DNA from: Toensbergia leucococca | Lineage: Eukaryota | Assembly: GCA_022813965.1 (NCBI GenBank) | Contig: JALDZS010000052.1 | Location: 1 to 64,000 of the forward strand | Reading direction: 5' to 3' | DNA: 64,000 nucleotides | Part shown: positions 23,301 to 36,109 of the stretch, in pieces | Numbering within the stretch: position 1 is the stretch's first letter | Layout: the number at the start of each line of letters is the position of its first letter | Notes under the pieces: model-generated | What the model was told of the DNA's origin: nothing | What the model saw: only the letters and a program-made list of their open reading frames with translations | The model's database searches: none | Translations under genes and position numbers: made by a program

Positions 23301-26300
23301 TGCGCGCCGGTGGATTGGGTGGAGGAGGCTTGCGAGGAAGGGGATAGTGACTGTGAGGATGATGACTGTGGCTGGGTGCCAGAGGACTGTGTAGTAAAGA
23401 CCTGCGAAGTGGAAGACTGCGACGGTGACGGATTGAAAGACGATTGAGAGGAAGAAGTCTGCGAACCCCCCAAAGAAGTTGAGGTAAACGTTACGGAGGG
23501 GGTATATACCGAAGGCGTTGTCGAGAAGGTACTCACAGAACCGGTGTCAAAGGAAGATGATGAGGTTGCACTAGTTGGGACATCATCGGAAGATGAGGAC
23601 GAAGTGGTACTGACTGATCCAGTATTAGAAGCCGACGCCGTGTCACTACTTGAAGCTGGGCTTTGTGATCCACTATTTGACAACGAGCTCGAAAGACTTG
23701 GGCCCGTTTCTGAGGACGATGCTGATCCTGTGGAAGTTAACGTCGTATCACTGCTTGAAGCTGGGCTTTGTGATTCGCTGTTAGAAACTATGCTTGAGGC
23801 CGAGGTCGAGAGGGTTGAGGAGGGTACAGAGTTCGTAGAAGTCGACGATGTACTGGTTGAAGATGGAATTTGTAATCCACTATTTGACACCGAGCTCGAA
23901 GTCGAGGTTGAGAGGATTGGGATCGTTGTTGAGGAGATTACGGAGCCTGTGGAAGTTGACGCTGTACTGCTTGAAGCTGGGGTTTGTAATATAGTATTTG
24001 ACGTCGACGAAGATACGGAGCCTATGAAAGATAGCGTGCTTGACTGAGAGGAAGCTGTTTGAGGACTGGCAACCGTAGAAGAAGATTCCAAGGTTTGCGA
24101 TGTACTGCCACCTCCAGACGAGAAGGTCTCCGAAGTGACGAGGGAGGTTGAATCTGTCGTCGAGCTTAATGTACTGACAGAAGTCGGAGAGCTAAGTGCA
24201 GGGCTTGAAGACGTTGATTGGGTAGTGAGCGTGACTGGTAAATTTGACGTTGTCGAAGCGGAACTCGATGATAATGATCCTGATATTGATCCACTGTTCG
24301 AATCAGTGACCATCGATGCGCTCGAACTTTGTGAGGTCGAGGCGGGCGAAAACGAAGTCCCGGTGCTTGAGCTAGTCACTGACGTGCTCAGACTTGAAAG
24401 AGAAAGACTTGGACCAGTAGACGAGGCAGTGCCGACAGAGACACTAGATACTGTAGAACCGGTATTGACCGAAGATACTCCAGTGCTGGCCGAACTTACC
24501 AGCGAGCTTGCGGTGAATGAGCTTGCGGTTACTGAGCTTGCGATTACTGAAGTTGCAGTGGATGACGAGCTTGCGGTTACTAAACTTGCAGTGGATGGCG
24601 AGCTTGCGGTAGATGACAAGCTTGCGGGGGATGAACTTGCGGGGGATGAGCTTGCGGGGGATGAGCTTGCGGTGGATGAGCTTGCGGTGAATGAGCTTGC
24701 GGTGGATGAGCTTGCGGTTACTGGGCTTGCAGTGGATGACGAGCTTGTGGTTATTGGGCTTGCAGTGGATGATGAGCTTGCGGTGGATGAGCTTGCGGTG
24801 AATGAGCTTGCGGTTACTGGGCTTGCAGTGGATGATGAGCTTGCGTTTACTGAGCTTGCAGTGGATGACGAGCTTGCGGTTACTGGGCTTGCGGTGGATG
24901 ATGAGCTTGCGGTTACTGGGCTTGCAGTGGATGACGAGCTTGCGGTTACTGGACTTGCACTGGATGACGAGCTTGCGGTTGACGTGCTTGCAATTATCGA
25001 GCTAGCAACTGATGACGAGCTTTCAGTGGACGAACTTCCAGTGGAATAGCTCCCGGCCAAGCTTATAGTTGATGAACTTCCTGTCAACTGCGAACTGCTT
25101 AAGCCCGTAGATACAATAGATGTGCTTGTGACAATGTCACTCGACGACGTAGTTTCTATTGTCTGGGAAGATGACGAGTAAGCTTGGCTTCCAGAATTTG
25201 AGCTCAAGGTTCCTGACGGTAGAGCCGCAGAGGTGCTAGCACTTGTCGACGAGGTTTGACTGCTCGGGTTCGGAGCCGAAGTGGATGTGCTTGCAACAGG
25301 CGAACCAGACGAGGCTGTTGTAGTGGGTTGGGAACTGGAATTAGATGAAACTGTGGCGCTCCCACTTTGGGCACTGGATACCGAGATTGACGTTTCAGGA
25401 GGGATGGAAGCAGATGAGCTTTCAGTTGGCTGAGGACTGCTGGATGATATAGCCGGGGTCACGACCGAAGATACAGATACCCCAGAGCTGCTTGATACTG
25501 TCGACATTGTTGACCCTAGTATTGGTGAGGACGTTGACGAACCCGCAAGAGTCGAGCTACTGATCGAGTTTACTGAGGACTCACTAATTGGAGATGTTGA
25601 AGAGCTGCTATACAAGGAAGTTGTCGATCCACTGTATAGAGAAGCTGATGAGCTAATTTGGGTTTGTCCAATTAATGAAAAGGCGGAGGTAATTGAAGAA
25701 ATGCTACTCAATGAGGTTGTAGGCAGGGACGATGATCCCGAAAGTATTGCACTTGACGACATGGAAGCACTGAAGGAAAGAGCTGACGAGCCCTGAGTAG
25801 AACTCGAGCCGGATACGCCTGTGTAAGGCCCAGATGAGCTTTGAGGGCTCAGGATTCCGGAAGAGGTGGTTAATGTTGAGGGGAGAGAAGATCCCGTGCC
25901 GCTGTTTGAAAGTAAGGTACTACCGCTTGATGCTGTCGGTGAGGATGATGACCCCGAAAGCACACTGCTAGGACCGCTCACAAGACTCGAGCTTTGACTA
26001 GTAAACGTCGCGCTGTTTGTTGATGTCTGCAGACTGCTCGAGCCACTAGAAAAGCTTGACAGGGAACTTGTCTGTGTAGCCGAAGACAACATCGAGCTTG
26101 ACGACAAAGTAGAGCTCGTCACCGAGAAAGATGGAATGGATGATCCAACGAGAATAGAGCTTGCGGAGGAGATAGGCAATGATTCGCTACTCATAGATAA
26201 TAGAGAAGACGATGTTCCCGTTCCAGCGAAGCTTGGATTCGAAGAACTTGCCGACGATACTATGTTGGATGTGATAATGGATGAGGCAGATGAGCTCGAC

Positions 26301-28533
26301 TCCGTTGACGACAGAGAAGCGTATCCAGAACCAGACCCTGCCGCAGAAGATTGTGATGGAGTCACTGTACCCGATGACCCCAGGCTCGGGGAAATTCCAG
26401 AAGAAATTGAACTGGCTACGACTCCAGAGGATCCAGAATTTATCGATGAAGGACCTAGTAGTCCCGAACTAGTAGAAACAGCGGGATTTGATGATGTGAC
26501 CACAGATGATCCTGAAATAGTCACCAAACCAGATGACACTGAAGAGGCTGAAAGAGATGATCCCGAATTGATCACCGTACCAGAAGATCCCATTGTAGCT
26601 GACGAAGATGCAAAACCCGATGGCCCGATGCTGATGCTACTAGACGGTCCAGAAGCAGAAGAGCTCAACATTGTTGAAAACGAAGTCCCCGAGGGAGACG
26701 AAAGAATTGACGGCCCGACATTGGTGCTACTAGACGATCCGGAAGCAGCAGAAGTAGCTGACGATGATAATGTCAAAGAGCTGAGGACCGTAGAACTTAG
26801 CATCGCTGATGAGTCCGAAAATGGCGGTGCGGGTGGCGTCAAAACTGTCGAGGTTGATCCTATCAAAGAGGTACTGGGGCCTGAAGAGCTAACAGACGGA
26901 TTGGTGGTGGAAATCACTGGCGGTAGACTCGGAGTATTCGAACCACCCAAGAGGCTCAGGCTTGATGACGTGGAGGGAGAGGAAGATGTGGATGTCGAGA
27001 CTGGCGAGAGGGTTGATGGTCCGAAGCCAGGAGAGCTAGGTACGGATGAAGATGGTATTCTATTACTGCCCGACAAAGAAAAGGAGCCAAGTGGGGAGGA
27101 GAGAGAATAAGAACTACCGATAACGGACGAGGAAGCTGAATTTGACATGTCTACAGAAGATATACTGGATGATGCTGGGAAAAGAAAAGTTGATAGTGAA
27201 GCGAAAGGCGAGACGATAGTCGGTATAGGTGTTACTGAAAGAGTCCCGGAGATCGATAGTACGGATCCGCCTGAGGTTGACGGAGAAAAGGCTATAGAAG
27301 AGCTTGATGGTGTTGGGGCAGTACTTAATAAGGATTGAGAAGCCGAAAAGTTCAGAGATAAGATACTACTTAGAGTAGTCGGGGCTGGAATTAAACTTCC
27401 TGGTGAGATCACTGTTGTATTTTGTGATACGGTGACTGAGGCCGAGCTGACAACGGACGATATCATCCTGTACAATGCAAGCCTTCTAAAGCCACCGCAG
27501 GAATTAGTAGGAGTACTGATACATGGAGTATCGCATTGATCTGGGTCGTCGGGATCGATCGCGGTGCCTCCACTGGGAAGGTCATTACCACAGAAACCTA
27601 GATTTCGGAAATGCTCAGCACAGAGACATCCGACTTAATATGTCTTGACTCACATTGGTTGCCGTTTTCGAGTCCGAAAAGTGTGTAGCCGCTGCATAGA
27701 ATTGCGCATGCCTGTTCTGACTTGACATTTGCATATGTTGGACTGAGACTTTGCCCATCAGAATCTGGGAAGCAGCCATAATATTCATAAGGCCCAACAA
27801 TTGGTGCAGGAGTGGGTGTAGAGGCTGTGGTAGAGAAGACGCTCGTTAAGGACGACGACAAATATTCTTGACTTGTAGAACCTGAGCTTCTTGGTCCAGA
27901 AGAAGATGCCAATAACGATGGCGACGAAGTACTATAAATTATAAGCAACGAAAAAGTACCAAAGCTTGATGGGATTGATGGTATGGCAGGATTAGCAGAA
28001 TTTGAAAGCGATATATAAGTTGAAGAAGGAGAAAGACTCGATACTAACGGGGTCAAGCTGCTTGCTAATAACGCACTATTGATGCTGACAGGAGATAGCG
28101 ACGAGGAGTTGCTGAAGCCTGGTTGTGCAAACACTGGCGACGAACTTGAAGCAGTGACACTAAGCGTATATGATGAAGAGGGCGACAAATTTGTCAAGAT
28201 TGATGGCGAATAAAACGAGTTAGTACTGGAAATCAAATTATCTGAAAGGTTGCTAATAGACGTTGCGGGAAGACCAATATCGGAATACCCTGAAGAGACT
28301 ACTGTCAACGGCGAGATGGATGTCGTAGTGATAGTTACATAAGCGGTTACCCTAGAACAGGTCGTGTCTAGGTTCGTCAGAAATTTCCAGAAGTGTTTAG
28401 TAGAGAGTAATGATCGCGTACAGATCAGAGGGAAAGGGGTTGCATTCTGCGGCAGTGCGGTAACCCCTTGGAGAGAAATGAGTACTAGAGCCAAAAAGGC
28501 TAAACCACCCATTTTGAAATGGAACAAAGCCAC
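17372..28533 (-). CDS. Giant secreted Ser/Thr-rich mucin-like protein (~3,680 aa) with one WSC domain and C-terminal Cys-containing repeats
   Basis: Signal peptide [22 protein letters not shown] motif YEYYGCF...[23 protein letters not shown]...CDTPC...CGG joined across intron 27653-27598, then a 10-kb stop-free exon. Probable in-frame 54-nt intron at 28421-28368. Confidence 0.88.
19023..19340. repeat. Near-perfect 153-bp (51-aa) tandem duplication in the mucin gene
   Basis: gatccaccaa recurs at 19023, 19176 and 19329, and the intervening sequences are almost identical. Confidence 0.9.
19735..19945. repeat. 18-bp coding minisatellite encoding TDTFSV-type hexapeptides
   Basis: Repeats of gaaaaggtatccgtcact; protein [46 protein letters not shown](x4)TETFS. 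Confidence 0.9.
22655..22915. repeat. Low-complexity GAT/GAG tract encoding poly-Ser/SSSSP in the mucin
   Basis: (gatgag)n-like tract with 15-bp subunits such as gagaggatgaggacg. Confidence 0.85.
24500..24985. repeat. 15/30-bp coding minisatellite ([10 protein letters not shown] units) in the mucin
   Basis: Repeated gagcttgcggttactgggcttgcagtggatgac units. Confidence 0.9.
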
Positions 28534-29477
28534 CCAAATCCGCGAAAAAAGTGGGAAAAATGGGCGAAAAACAGACGTAAACGAAGGGTGGTCAGGGGCA
28601 ACAGCGCTTCCGTCTTATTCTGGGGGATGAAATTGGCCAAAATGCCTTTGGAATGCAACACAAGTGCTCTGACCAGTAGTCATACATCTTGATCTAAACA
28701 AATCGGGACAGTATTCTGCCATTGGATAGATTTTGCTTTTGTTATGGGAGACGCGATAATTAGTGTTAAGGTATGCTAGTCAAACATCAACAAAAGGTAT
28801 TGGAATTAATGCTGTCAGTATATCAACAGATCATACTAGTGGCATTGGACCTGAAGGAAGATCCGAAGAGTGAGCCGAACATCTCTATAGAATAGTGGAG
28901 TTCCTGGTCGGGATAAGTGCATAGAGTCTTGATTGCATTTTCACTGAGACGGTCAATAGTAATAAAGTCGAGTTACCCTTTTGCTCGTCGGACATTGGAG
29001 GTTCCGACGCCGTAGGTAGAGACCATCGAGTTTCAATCAAAATGTCTCATAGATGAAGAGTCATTTAGCCTGATTAGGAGTAGATTTCCTGAATGTAAGG
29101 TCAGAAAACAACAGCTCCTTTCGTCACTAGTCAACCGCTCCCCTGATTTACAACGTCCTCTTTCACTTCTTCACTTCCACAGCTCTGTCCCACCTCTTCT
29201 CCACGTCCTCTAGGTAGGCTGGTGGATGATGAAGTGGAATTGTGCCCGGGGTGAAGCGGTAGAGAATCAAGCGAATGCGTTGCAAAGTCAAGATTTTCCT
29301 CTTGCGATAGAGGATGTTGAAGGCGCGTAATAGGTAGGGGTAGAGAAATCGAGTCCAAATGTGTTGCAAAATCATGATGTTCTCGATCCGTAGGGTAGTC
29401 CACCGTATGGGTTATGCTTAGTATGTCAGTCAATGTAATATATATTTGAAAATAAAATTCAATTAATCCATCGTTCA

Positions 29478-29550
29478 GCCGGGTTAGCTCAATCGGTAGA
29501 GCGTGTGGCTCTTAACCTCAAGGTCGCGGGTTCGACCCCCGCATCCGGCT
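29478..29550 (+). tRNA. tRNA-Lys(CTT): tRNA-Lys, anticodon CTT, intronless
   Basis: Acceptor stem GCCGGGT/ATCCGGC, D-arm TAGCTCAATCGGTAGAGC, anticodon loop CTCTTAA, T-arm GCGGG-TTCGACC-CCCGC, and downstream T-runs (Pol III terminator). Confidence 0.95.
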
Positions 29551-30010
29551 TCGTTGTTTCTCTTTTTCTCTTTTTCCAATTTTTCCCAAACAACTTTCAT
29601 ATCTCAAGCACTTGTCGAAGTGATAAAAGATAATCACCGTTAATCGATACATTTGGGTGCTTTTGATCTTTTGAAAGCTATTCACGAGAAAGACTTGACT
29701 ATTTCACGAATATCTAACTGTGTGGGCCTTCCACTTTCCAATGTACACAACCTTGCCTCAGATATTTGATGTGACGCGACGTATAGGAGCTCTTAGAGCA
29801 TCCCCGCACTCCCTTACTTTACATCTCAATGCACCTAAATAAACATGATATCCCCACAACACGCAGTGTCCAGAACCAAAGGGTATCAACAAAATCCGAA
29901 GCTTGAGGTCCGATACAATAGTGAAAGCCGACTGGAGAACGTTGTGCTTACCGCAACCGAGGCAACCTTGAGCTTCAAGCTGGCGGGGGACATGTATCGT
30001 TCGACTAGCA

Positions 30011-33000
30011 CTATCCGGCCGATCGAGCGTTAAGCCTTCTGGTGACTAGGATTCAACATGAGCACGACTCACACTCTAGGTTTGACTACTTCCAAAAAAC
30101 ATACTCTTCAGCAATTGCTTCATACCACTCAGAGGTCTGCTTTTCGGCTTTTCGTTACTCTGACTGCCAGATTGCCCAGCCTTTGATTCGCTGTCGGCAC
30201 TATCCGAGCTGCTATCATCATCATCGCTATCAGATGAACTGCTGTCGCTTTCCGAAATGTCCTGACTTTGCGAGTTGGCATTCTTTTGTTCAGGTGGTTT
30301 CACTACAGACTTCTGACGCTCGATGTCTTCTGCAGAACGTCTCTTGAGCTCCGTCAGGGTTGGAAATCGCATATAGGCCGATTGGGGTGGGGATCTGTCG
30401 CTGATAGTATCGATACTACCAGGTTTGGTAAGGGAATTGGCTTTGGGTGGTACAGACTGAGTAGCAAGTCCTATCAATAGGTTTTTTTCGGCCTGAGTAC
30501 GATCTACTGACTGACGGTGCTCCAGACGAAGCTGTTGAGAGACGCCATTCCCACTGCTTCCGGCGATACTTTCTTCGGAAGCAATACGACCATGGGACTT
30601 GGCAGAGACTGCACTAGAAGAATGCGAGGTTGCACGACTATTGGCTTGCTTCGAGCTGTCTTTCCCGTCTCTCTCCGCATTGTTTGTAAGATTTATTGGC
30701 TTTCTTTGACTCGTCGAGTGAGGACTATGGTTCGTTTCAGAAGAGAATTGATTTTCAACGATTTCTAGATCATCCGAAGCAGACACTGATCCAGAGCCCG
30801 GAGAGTGTTCGCTAGCCATATATCGAGCTGGGGAACGGGATGAACAAGACGAAGGATGCGATTGGGACGTTGCGCTAGAGGCGGCTCTTTGGCCAGACCT
30901 ACTTACGGAAGGTATCACGACTTGCACTCGTTGCTGAACAACTGGTCTTTTCAAAGGGAATGAGGGTGGAGGTGGATCCGACTCGGCAATAGCCGTCGTC
31001 GTAGCAGGCTTACCAACGAATATTGGCTTTTTCCTAGAACTTGGACCAGCCTTTGCGCTGCCATGTTGTGGTTCTTCGTCGCTTTCAGAATAATAAGAGG
31101 TCAACGATTTATCACTATCCGAAGAGATAACAATTTCCTCTTTCGGGACAGGCTTAGGGGGGAGGGGCGGTTCAATGACACGTCCTTTGAGTTTTACATC
31201 TCTTTTTACATTAAGTTTCGTCTGAACCTTTCCGGTTTTCTTGACCGTCACCATTTTCGGAGAGACTGACTTCTTCGCAAGATCCGATTTCTTCAGGAGT
31301 TCAGACTTATCGATAGATTCACGCTTCTTTGGGGTCTCGGACTTCTCTCGTGGAGTCAGCTCTGTTGGAGCTCCGTCGGAGGAAATGTACAGACTGCGTT
31401 CCAAGCTTAGGGACTTCTGTACAACTAGATCATCTTTCTTCTTCCTACTAGAAGGACCAAGAAGTGGACCTTTGTTAACGGCAGATTTCGTAGCCATTGC
31501 ACTAACAGGTTCATGATACTCCGAGAAAATTATAGGATCATTTGCAAATGACACTGATCGTCGAAGAGTGCTAGGAGATTGACGAAGAGCGCTTTTGATA
31601 GGTGGTTGCACGCTTAACCTTGAGGGACTGGATGAGGTGTCTCGCGACCGACCTGAAGTCGCTTGATCTACCGGACGTGATTTGGTGTCTGAAGAGCCGG
31701 GAAAAGCAGGAGTTAAGGACCTTTCTTTTCCTTCGTGGCCATCCAGCCTTAAAGACAGGGCGGACGATTGCTGGCTACTGTTCTTGAAAGAACCCTCTGT
31801 GAAATGATCAGCCTACTACCTCCATGTCTGCCTCTCAACTTCTATTGGTATTGATATCATACCTTGCTTCTCTTGCTCGGCCCTTTGCTGTACCATTTGC
31901 TCCGGAGATGCTACAGCACCCGCTGTAACATCACTCGCTTTGTTCGCTATACTCCCTACCTTCTCAAGGTCCTCTGCCTTCTTTTGAGCTCTCTGTTCTT
32001 CCTTCATCTTTTTCTGTTCAGCTATCTTTTCGACTTTAGCTTTCCTCTTTCGTGTCCGTTGCTCCTCCGTGGCTTTCTTAACTTGGATCTTTTGCTGATT
32101 CTCAGCCCTTTCCTCCTCTTGTTTCTGTCTCCGGATCTCTTCCCTTTGGTCTCTCGCTCGCTGCTCCTGCTCTTTCGGAGCTCCTTTACGTGGAGTGAGA
32201 TCTACTTTGACATTCTCTTCTTGCCCCTTGCGAGAATCCATGTCCCAGATTTTTCTATTGATCGGCAGCGCAGTCCCTAGATTCTCAGTTGCCGATGTCC
32301 CATGAGCATGACCACTTTGATGCTGGAATGAGCCTGCAAGGTCTGGATGAACGCCATTCATGACTTCAAGAGTCTGAGTGTCATTGGACTTGCAGTCTAG
32401 CTTCTGTTGCTCCACAAGCAACTCTGACTCTGCTCGGTACTCTGGGCCCATCATGTGTGGAATGGTCTGATCCATAGATACCTCTCGAGGAGTCGATCTA
32501 CTGTCAATCAATGCGTTTGTATCTGCCGACTTTGGAGAGATGTGTGACCCAGCGAACAGAATCTCAGCAACGTCAATAGCAGATTTACTGCTTTGCCCCA
32601 AGGTCTCTTCAGCTAAGCTCCGTGGATCTGAGGCCGCCACGACAATCCCCTGTGAACAGCTTGTGACGGGTAAAGGAGACTGTTGAAAGGTGTCATGTTG
32701 CCGGGTTTCATACAGGCTGCTTGAAAGACATGACTTTTCCGCTGATTGGTAGTCAAGTTTGCGTCTTTTAGGGGTACATGATCTTTGTTGCTCTTGTGAG
32801 CTCTCTATATCCGTATCAGGTGGATCGAACGTGCTTCGTTGTGCGCTACTAAAGGTCTCCTGTGGCGATGTGCTTATAAGCCGACGCTTTGGCCTTACTA
32901 ATTTGCCATTAGGGGACTGGACGACCTTTGAGTGTTTGGGTGTCTGCTGGTTTAGGATATCTGTCCTTTTTTTCTCGAGGCCCTTCGGAAGAAGTCTAGA

Positions 33001-34076
33001 AGAGGTTCCGTGCTGCGTAGTCGCAGGTACGGCTAAAGATGGGGTCATATTGGGTAAAGGTATTACTTGAGGTAAGAGTTCGACAGACGGAGCACGACTA
33101 CTTGACGACGGCACATCTTGGATTGGGATTTCAGTGTCAAGAGACTCGGCTTTGGTATCATCGGCGGCAAAGCCCGAAGGCGGCGGTGAATCTTCGTATC
33201 TACGAGGAGGTGTGTCAGGGATCTCTTCGACATCGAAATGGCTTGACGGCACGGCGGCATGGGGACTTGAATGAGAAAGAGATGTTGGAGTGCCATACGA
33301 ATTGGGTATTGCTGATGATCTTAGCTTACGTTTGTCATATTGTCTTATCGAAGAGCTAGACCTACGTTTTCTTGAAAGCATGGGCTGTGAATCTTCAATG
33401 ATTTCATCCGGCAAGGTGCCAAACAGCAAATGACCATTGATAAACTGTTCCTGTAGCCCTTCTCGTGATCGCACTGGCCGATCGGGGTCCAGGCATTCAT
33501 TGACTTTTGTCTCGTGTATCCTCTGTCGTTTATTTGTACCTTGATGTTGCTCGGCGGCCCAGCTTCCCAAGTCGGCCAAATCTCCAAAACCTCTTGCTAT
33601 GGCGTGATCGTGATTCCCGAAAGACCGCTTCTGGGGCCTGGCGGACGATTCTGGTAGTATGGAGCCGAAGCGTTGATGACGGGATAGGTCTTGGACATCG
33701 GGGGCAAATGGGACGACCTTCACGATTGAGGTCGAGGCATCGGAGCCATTGCCTTTATCGTCAAAGATATCGCCTACAGTAAAGGAGAGGTCCAGCAAGC
33801 TATTTCGATCGTCCAAAAGGCGGTCGATCTTTAAAGGTCTAGATTATCGAGGCGCACAGGTTAGCTATCGACGCGCTGAAACTGGTGTCAAGCTTACCCC
33901 TGGCCTCTGTAAATTCTGGCGTAACGTGAGATTAGTTTTAGACATAGATCCTCAAGAGTAAGATTCTCGTCGCAGACTTCGAGGAATTGTTTAGTGGCTC
34001 CTGGACGGGACTGTGCTAGACTGGAATCTTTCCAGTTCCATGGCAGGACGTGGACTTCAAGTCGTACACGACCCAT
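30011..34076 (-). CDS. Net1/Tof2/Dnt1-like nucleolar protein (N-terminal Cdc14-binding-type domain, long disordered region); 3 introns
   Basis: The N-terminus RVRLEVHVLP...KQFLEVCDENLTLEDLCLKLISRYARIY|PLKIDRLLDDRNSLLDLSFTVGDIFDD resembles the Cytokin_check_N domain. It is followed by a charged coiled coil and Ser/Asp-rich tracts. Introns join the 60, 666 and 511 aa ORFs; the last exon is ITRRLNARSAG*. Confidence 0.7.
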
Positions 34077-34299
34077 GGCGGATAGTAAATCAGTGCATAT
34101 TGTGGTAGAAAGAGGGTGATGGAGTTGACAGTGATGAAAAGACTGGTATTTGCACTTGATGTCGACGTCGAAGCTCGATAGAAAAAAAAGTCACATAGCT
34201 CAAATCCATAGTACTCCGTCGGTAGGAACCTCTCGCTAGTCACTAAGTCCGTGCCCCGAGATGTACTAGTGCACTGTGGGGAACATTAAATGTCTCGAG

Positions 34300-35480
34300 C
34301 ATGTATGTATTGACTGATATGAATACAAAAAACATGTACATCTAACTTATGCAATTCTTGATATGCAAACACTTTTTGAGAGTGTCTTCTCTTCAATGTA
34401 CATCATTGCAAGATTTTACTAAGTAGTTAAGACAATAACTATTTAAAACAGTCTGAATCACTTTTACCCAAGTCTTAGACTTCAATTCTGACAATAAAAT
34501 TGCTTACTCTGATGTCTATTCTATCTTCTGACATATGATTTTACAAAAATTACAATCAATTGAATAACAAAAGGCTCCTGATACATGGACGCCCCTTTTT
34601 GATACATTGACGCTCCCCCCATCCCCCCCCCCAATTAGTGGCCGGGCGCAAAACCACCGAGGGAAATTTTATCATTCTGCACCACATCTTGCCTCGATTC
34701 CCCACCACATCGCTAGCCAATTACCTGTTCCATTTGCATGCCATCTACCACCTCCACTGCAGTAGGGAATCATCCTGATATCGTACCACGTTTTCACCTA
34801 ATTCTCCACCATGGATTTTGATTTTCCTCACCTCCACCTCCACCCACAGCCATGAGTCTTGCTCCCCCCACGGCTCTACTAGACATAGAGCACGCGACAA
34901 TAGATGCCCTTATTGTCGTCATTCAGAGACACGCTGGCCGGGGTGGCCGGGGTGACCGGGGTGGCCGAGGACCTAGAGGAGGGCGAGGAAATAGAGGGAG
35001 GGGGGGGGAGCGTCAATGTATCAGGAGCCTAACAAAATCACAGTCAGGAAAAGAAGTGACAGAATCACTTCACTTTAATATATTAAAAGAAAGAATACTT
35101 TAGCTTTTATAAAATAGTTAAGCAGACAGCAACATCAGAGTAAACAATAACATCAAAAAGAGTTTCACTAAAATATTTTGATCAGTAACACAAAAGGTGC
35201 GCAGACTCTTATAGAAACAAGAGTATATGTTTCAGCCTGAAATAACAATAAAGTCTGAATTCAAAGAATTCAACAATCTCAGATACTCAGAATACTTGAG
35301 ATCTTTCTAATCTATAAAATGAAGCTGAAGAGAAATGTCTACAACCTTCAACACTCTAAAAGATTGACAGGCTCTCTCACATAATTGAATTTCACTCTTA
35401 TCATCAGATGTCTATTTACACATAAAAAGAGGTATATCTATTAAATTGTACACATAATACATTCTCTAAAACATTAAAGT
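34300..35480. mobile_element. AT-rich, CpG-depleted degenerate repeat hosting a younger insertion
   Basis: Abrupt AT-rich block with almost no CG on either side of the TIR element; no intact ORF. Confidence 0.45.
34573..35029 (+). mobile_element. 457-bp non-autonomous DNA transposon (probable Mutator/MULE deletion derivative)
   Basis: The left end ggctcctgatacat(g)gacgc mirrors the right end gcgtcaatgtatcaggagcc. Exact 8-bp target duplication TAACAAAA at 34565-34572 and 35030-35037. Internal ORF MSLAPPTALLDIEHATIDALIVVIQRHA is fused to GRGG repeats. Confidence 0.85.
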
Positions 35481-36109
35481 CAAACACCCTCATCCCTCCT
35501 CACCCCCCTCCCGCCCCTTTGTAGAAAAGGTAAAAAAAAACCTCTTTGAAAAAGCGCAGATACCGAAACCCCATCTGCCCTTAAAAAGATCTACTACCAT
35601 CTAGCTCTCTTCCCATCACCTGAGAGTAAAATGAATGACGTAGATAAACCCCATCTACCCTCTGATTCCCTACCTATTCCAATCAAAGAGCCCAGGATTC
35701 TCTCTCTCTCCGGGATGTAGCATCAAGCCATTCATGCCTACACGTCTGTTTCCATGTTCAAGGGGACACGATCTGGTCGACTAGTGCTCGTTTGCATGGA
35801 TTTATTACTGAACGCTAAACGGGACCCCACGGAACAAAGGGATGGATGAGAAGCGCGGAAGAAGAACCGAGGACACAAGATGGGAAAACGGGAAGCTCAT
35901 TTCATTGATTGTCAAACAAAGCTAGACGTTTGGCTACCGAACGAAACCCACATGCGAAGAGCTCACACACCAGCACTGAAGGAGGCAACATTTACATTGA
36001 AAGAAGAGCGACGCCAAGCCGATATGCGGCGAAGGCACACCAGAGCTGGAGCTTAGATAGTGGAAATGCGGCAACAATAAGACCAGCGTACCATCGTCAC
36101 TGCTGACGT

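Noticed and set aside
24500..24985. Regularly spaced repeats considered as a CRISPR array
   Set aside because: There are no unique spacers, the repeats are in-frame coding, the context is eukaryotic and no cas genes are present.
17466..27338. Many Asp/Glu/Val-rich + strand ORFs (e.g. 24135-25049, 26136-27110)
   Set aside because: These are antisense shadows of the Ser/Thr codons of the mucin gene, with no independent coding signal.
29131..29433. 100-aa ORF with a short internal DFATH repeat next to the tRNA
   Set aside because: Short, with no recognisable domain, and the protein-like parts fall in different frames. At most a gene fragment.
29478..29550. T:T mismatch in the tRNA anticodon stem suggesting a pseudogene or SINE
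   Set aside because: All other arms, the A/B boxes and the terminator are intact, and a single mismatch is tolerated.
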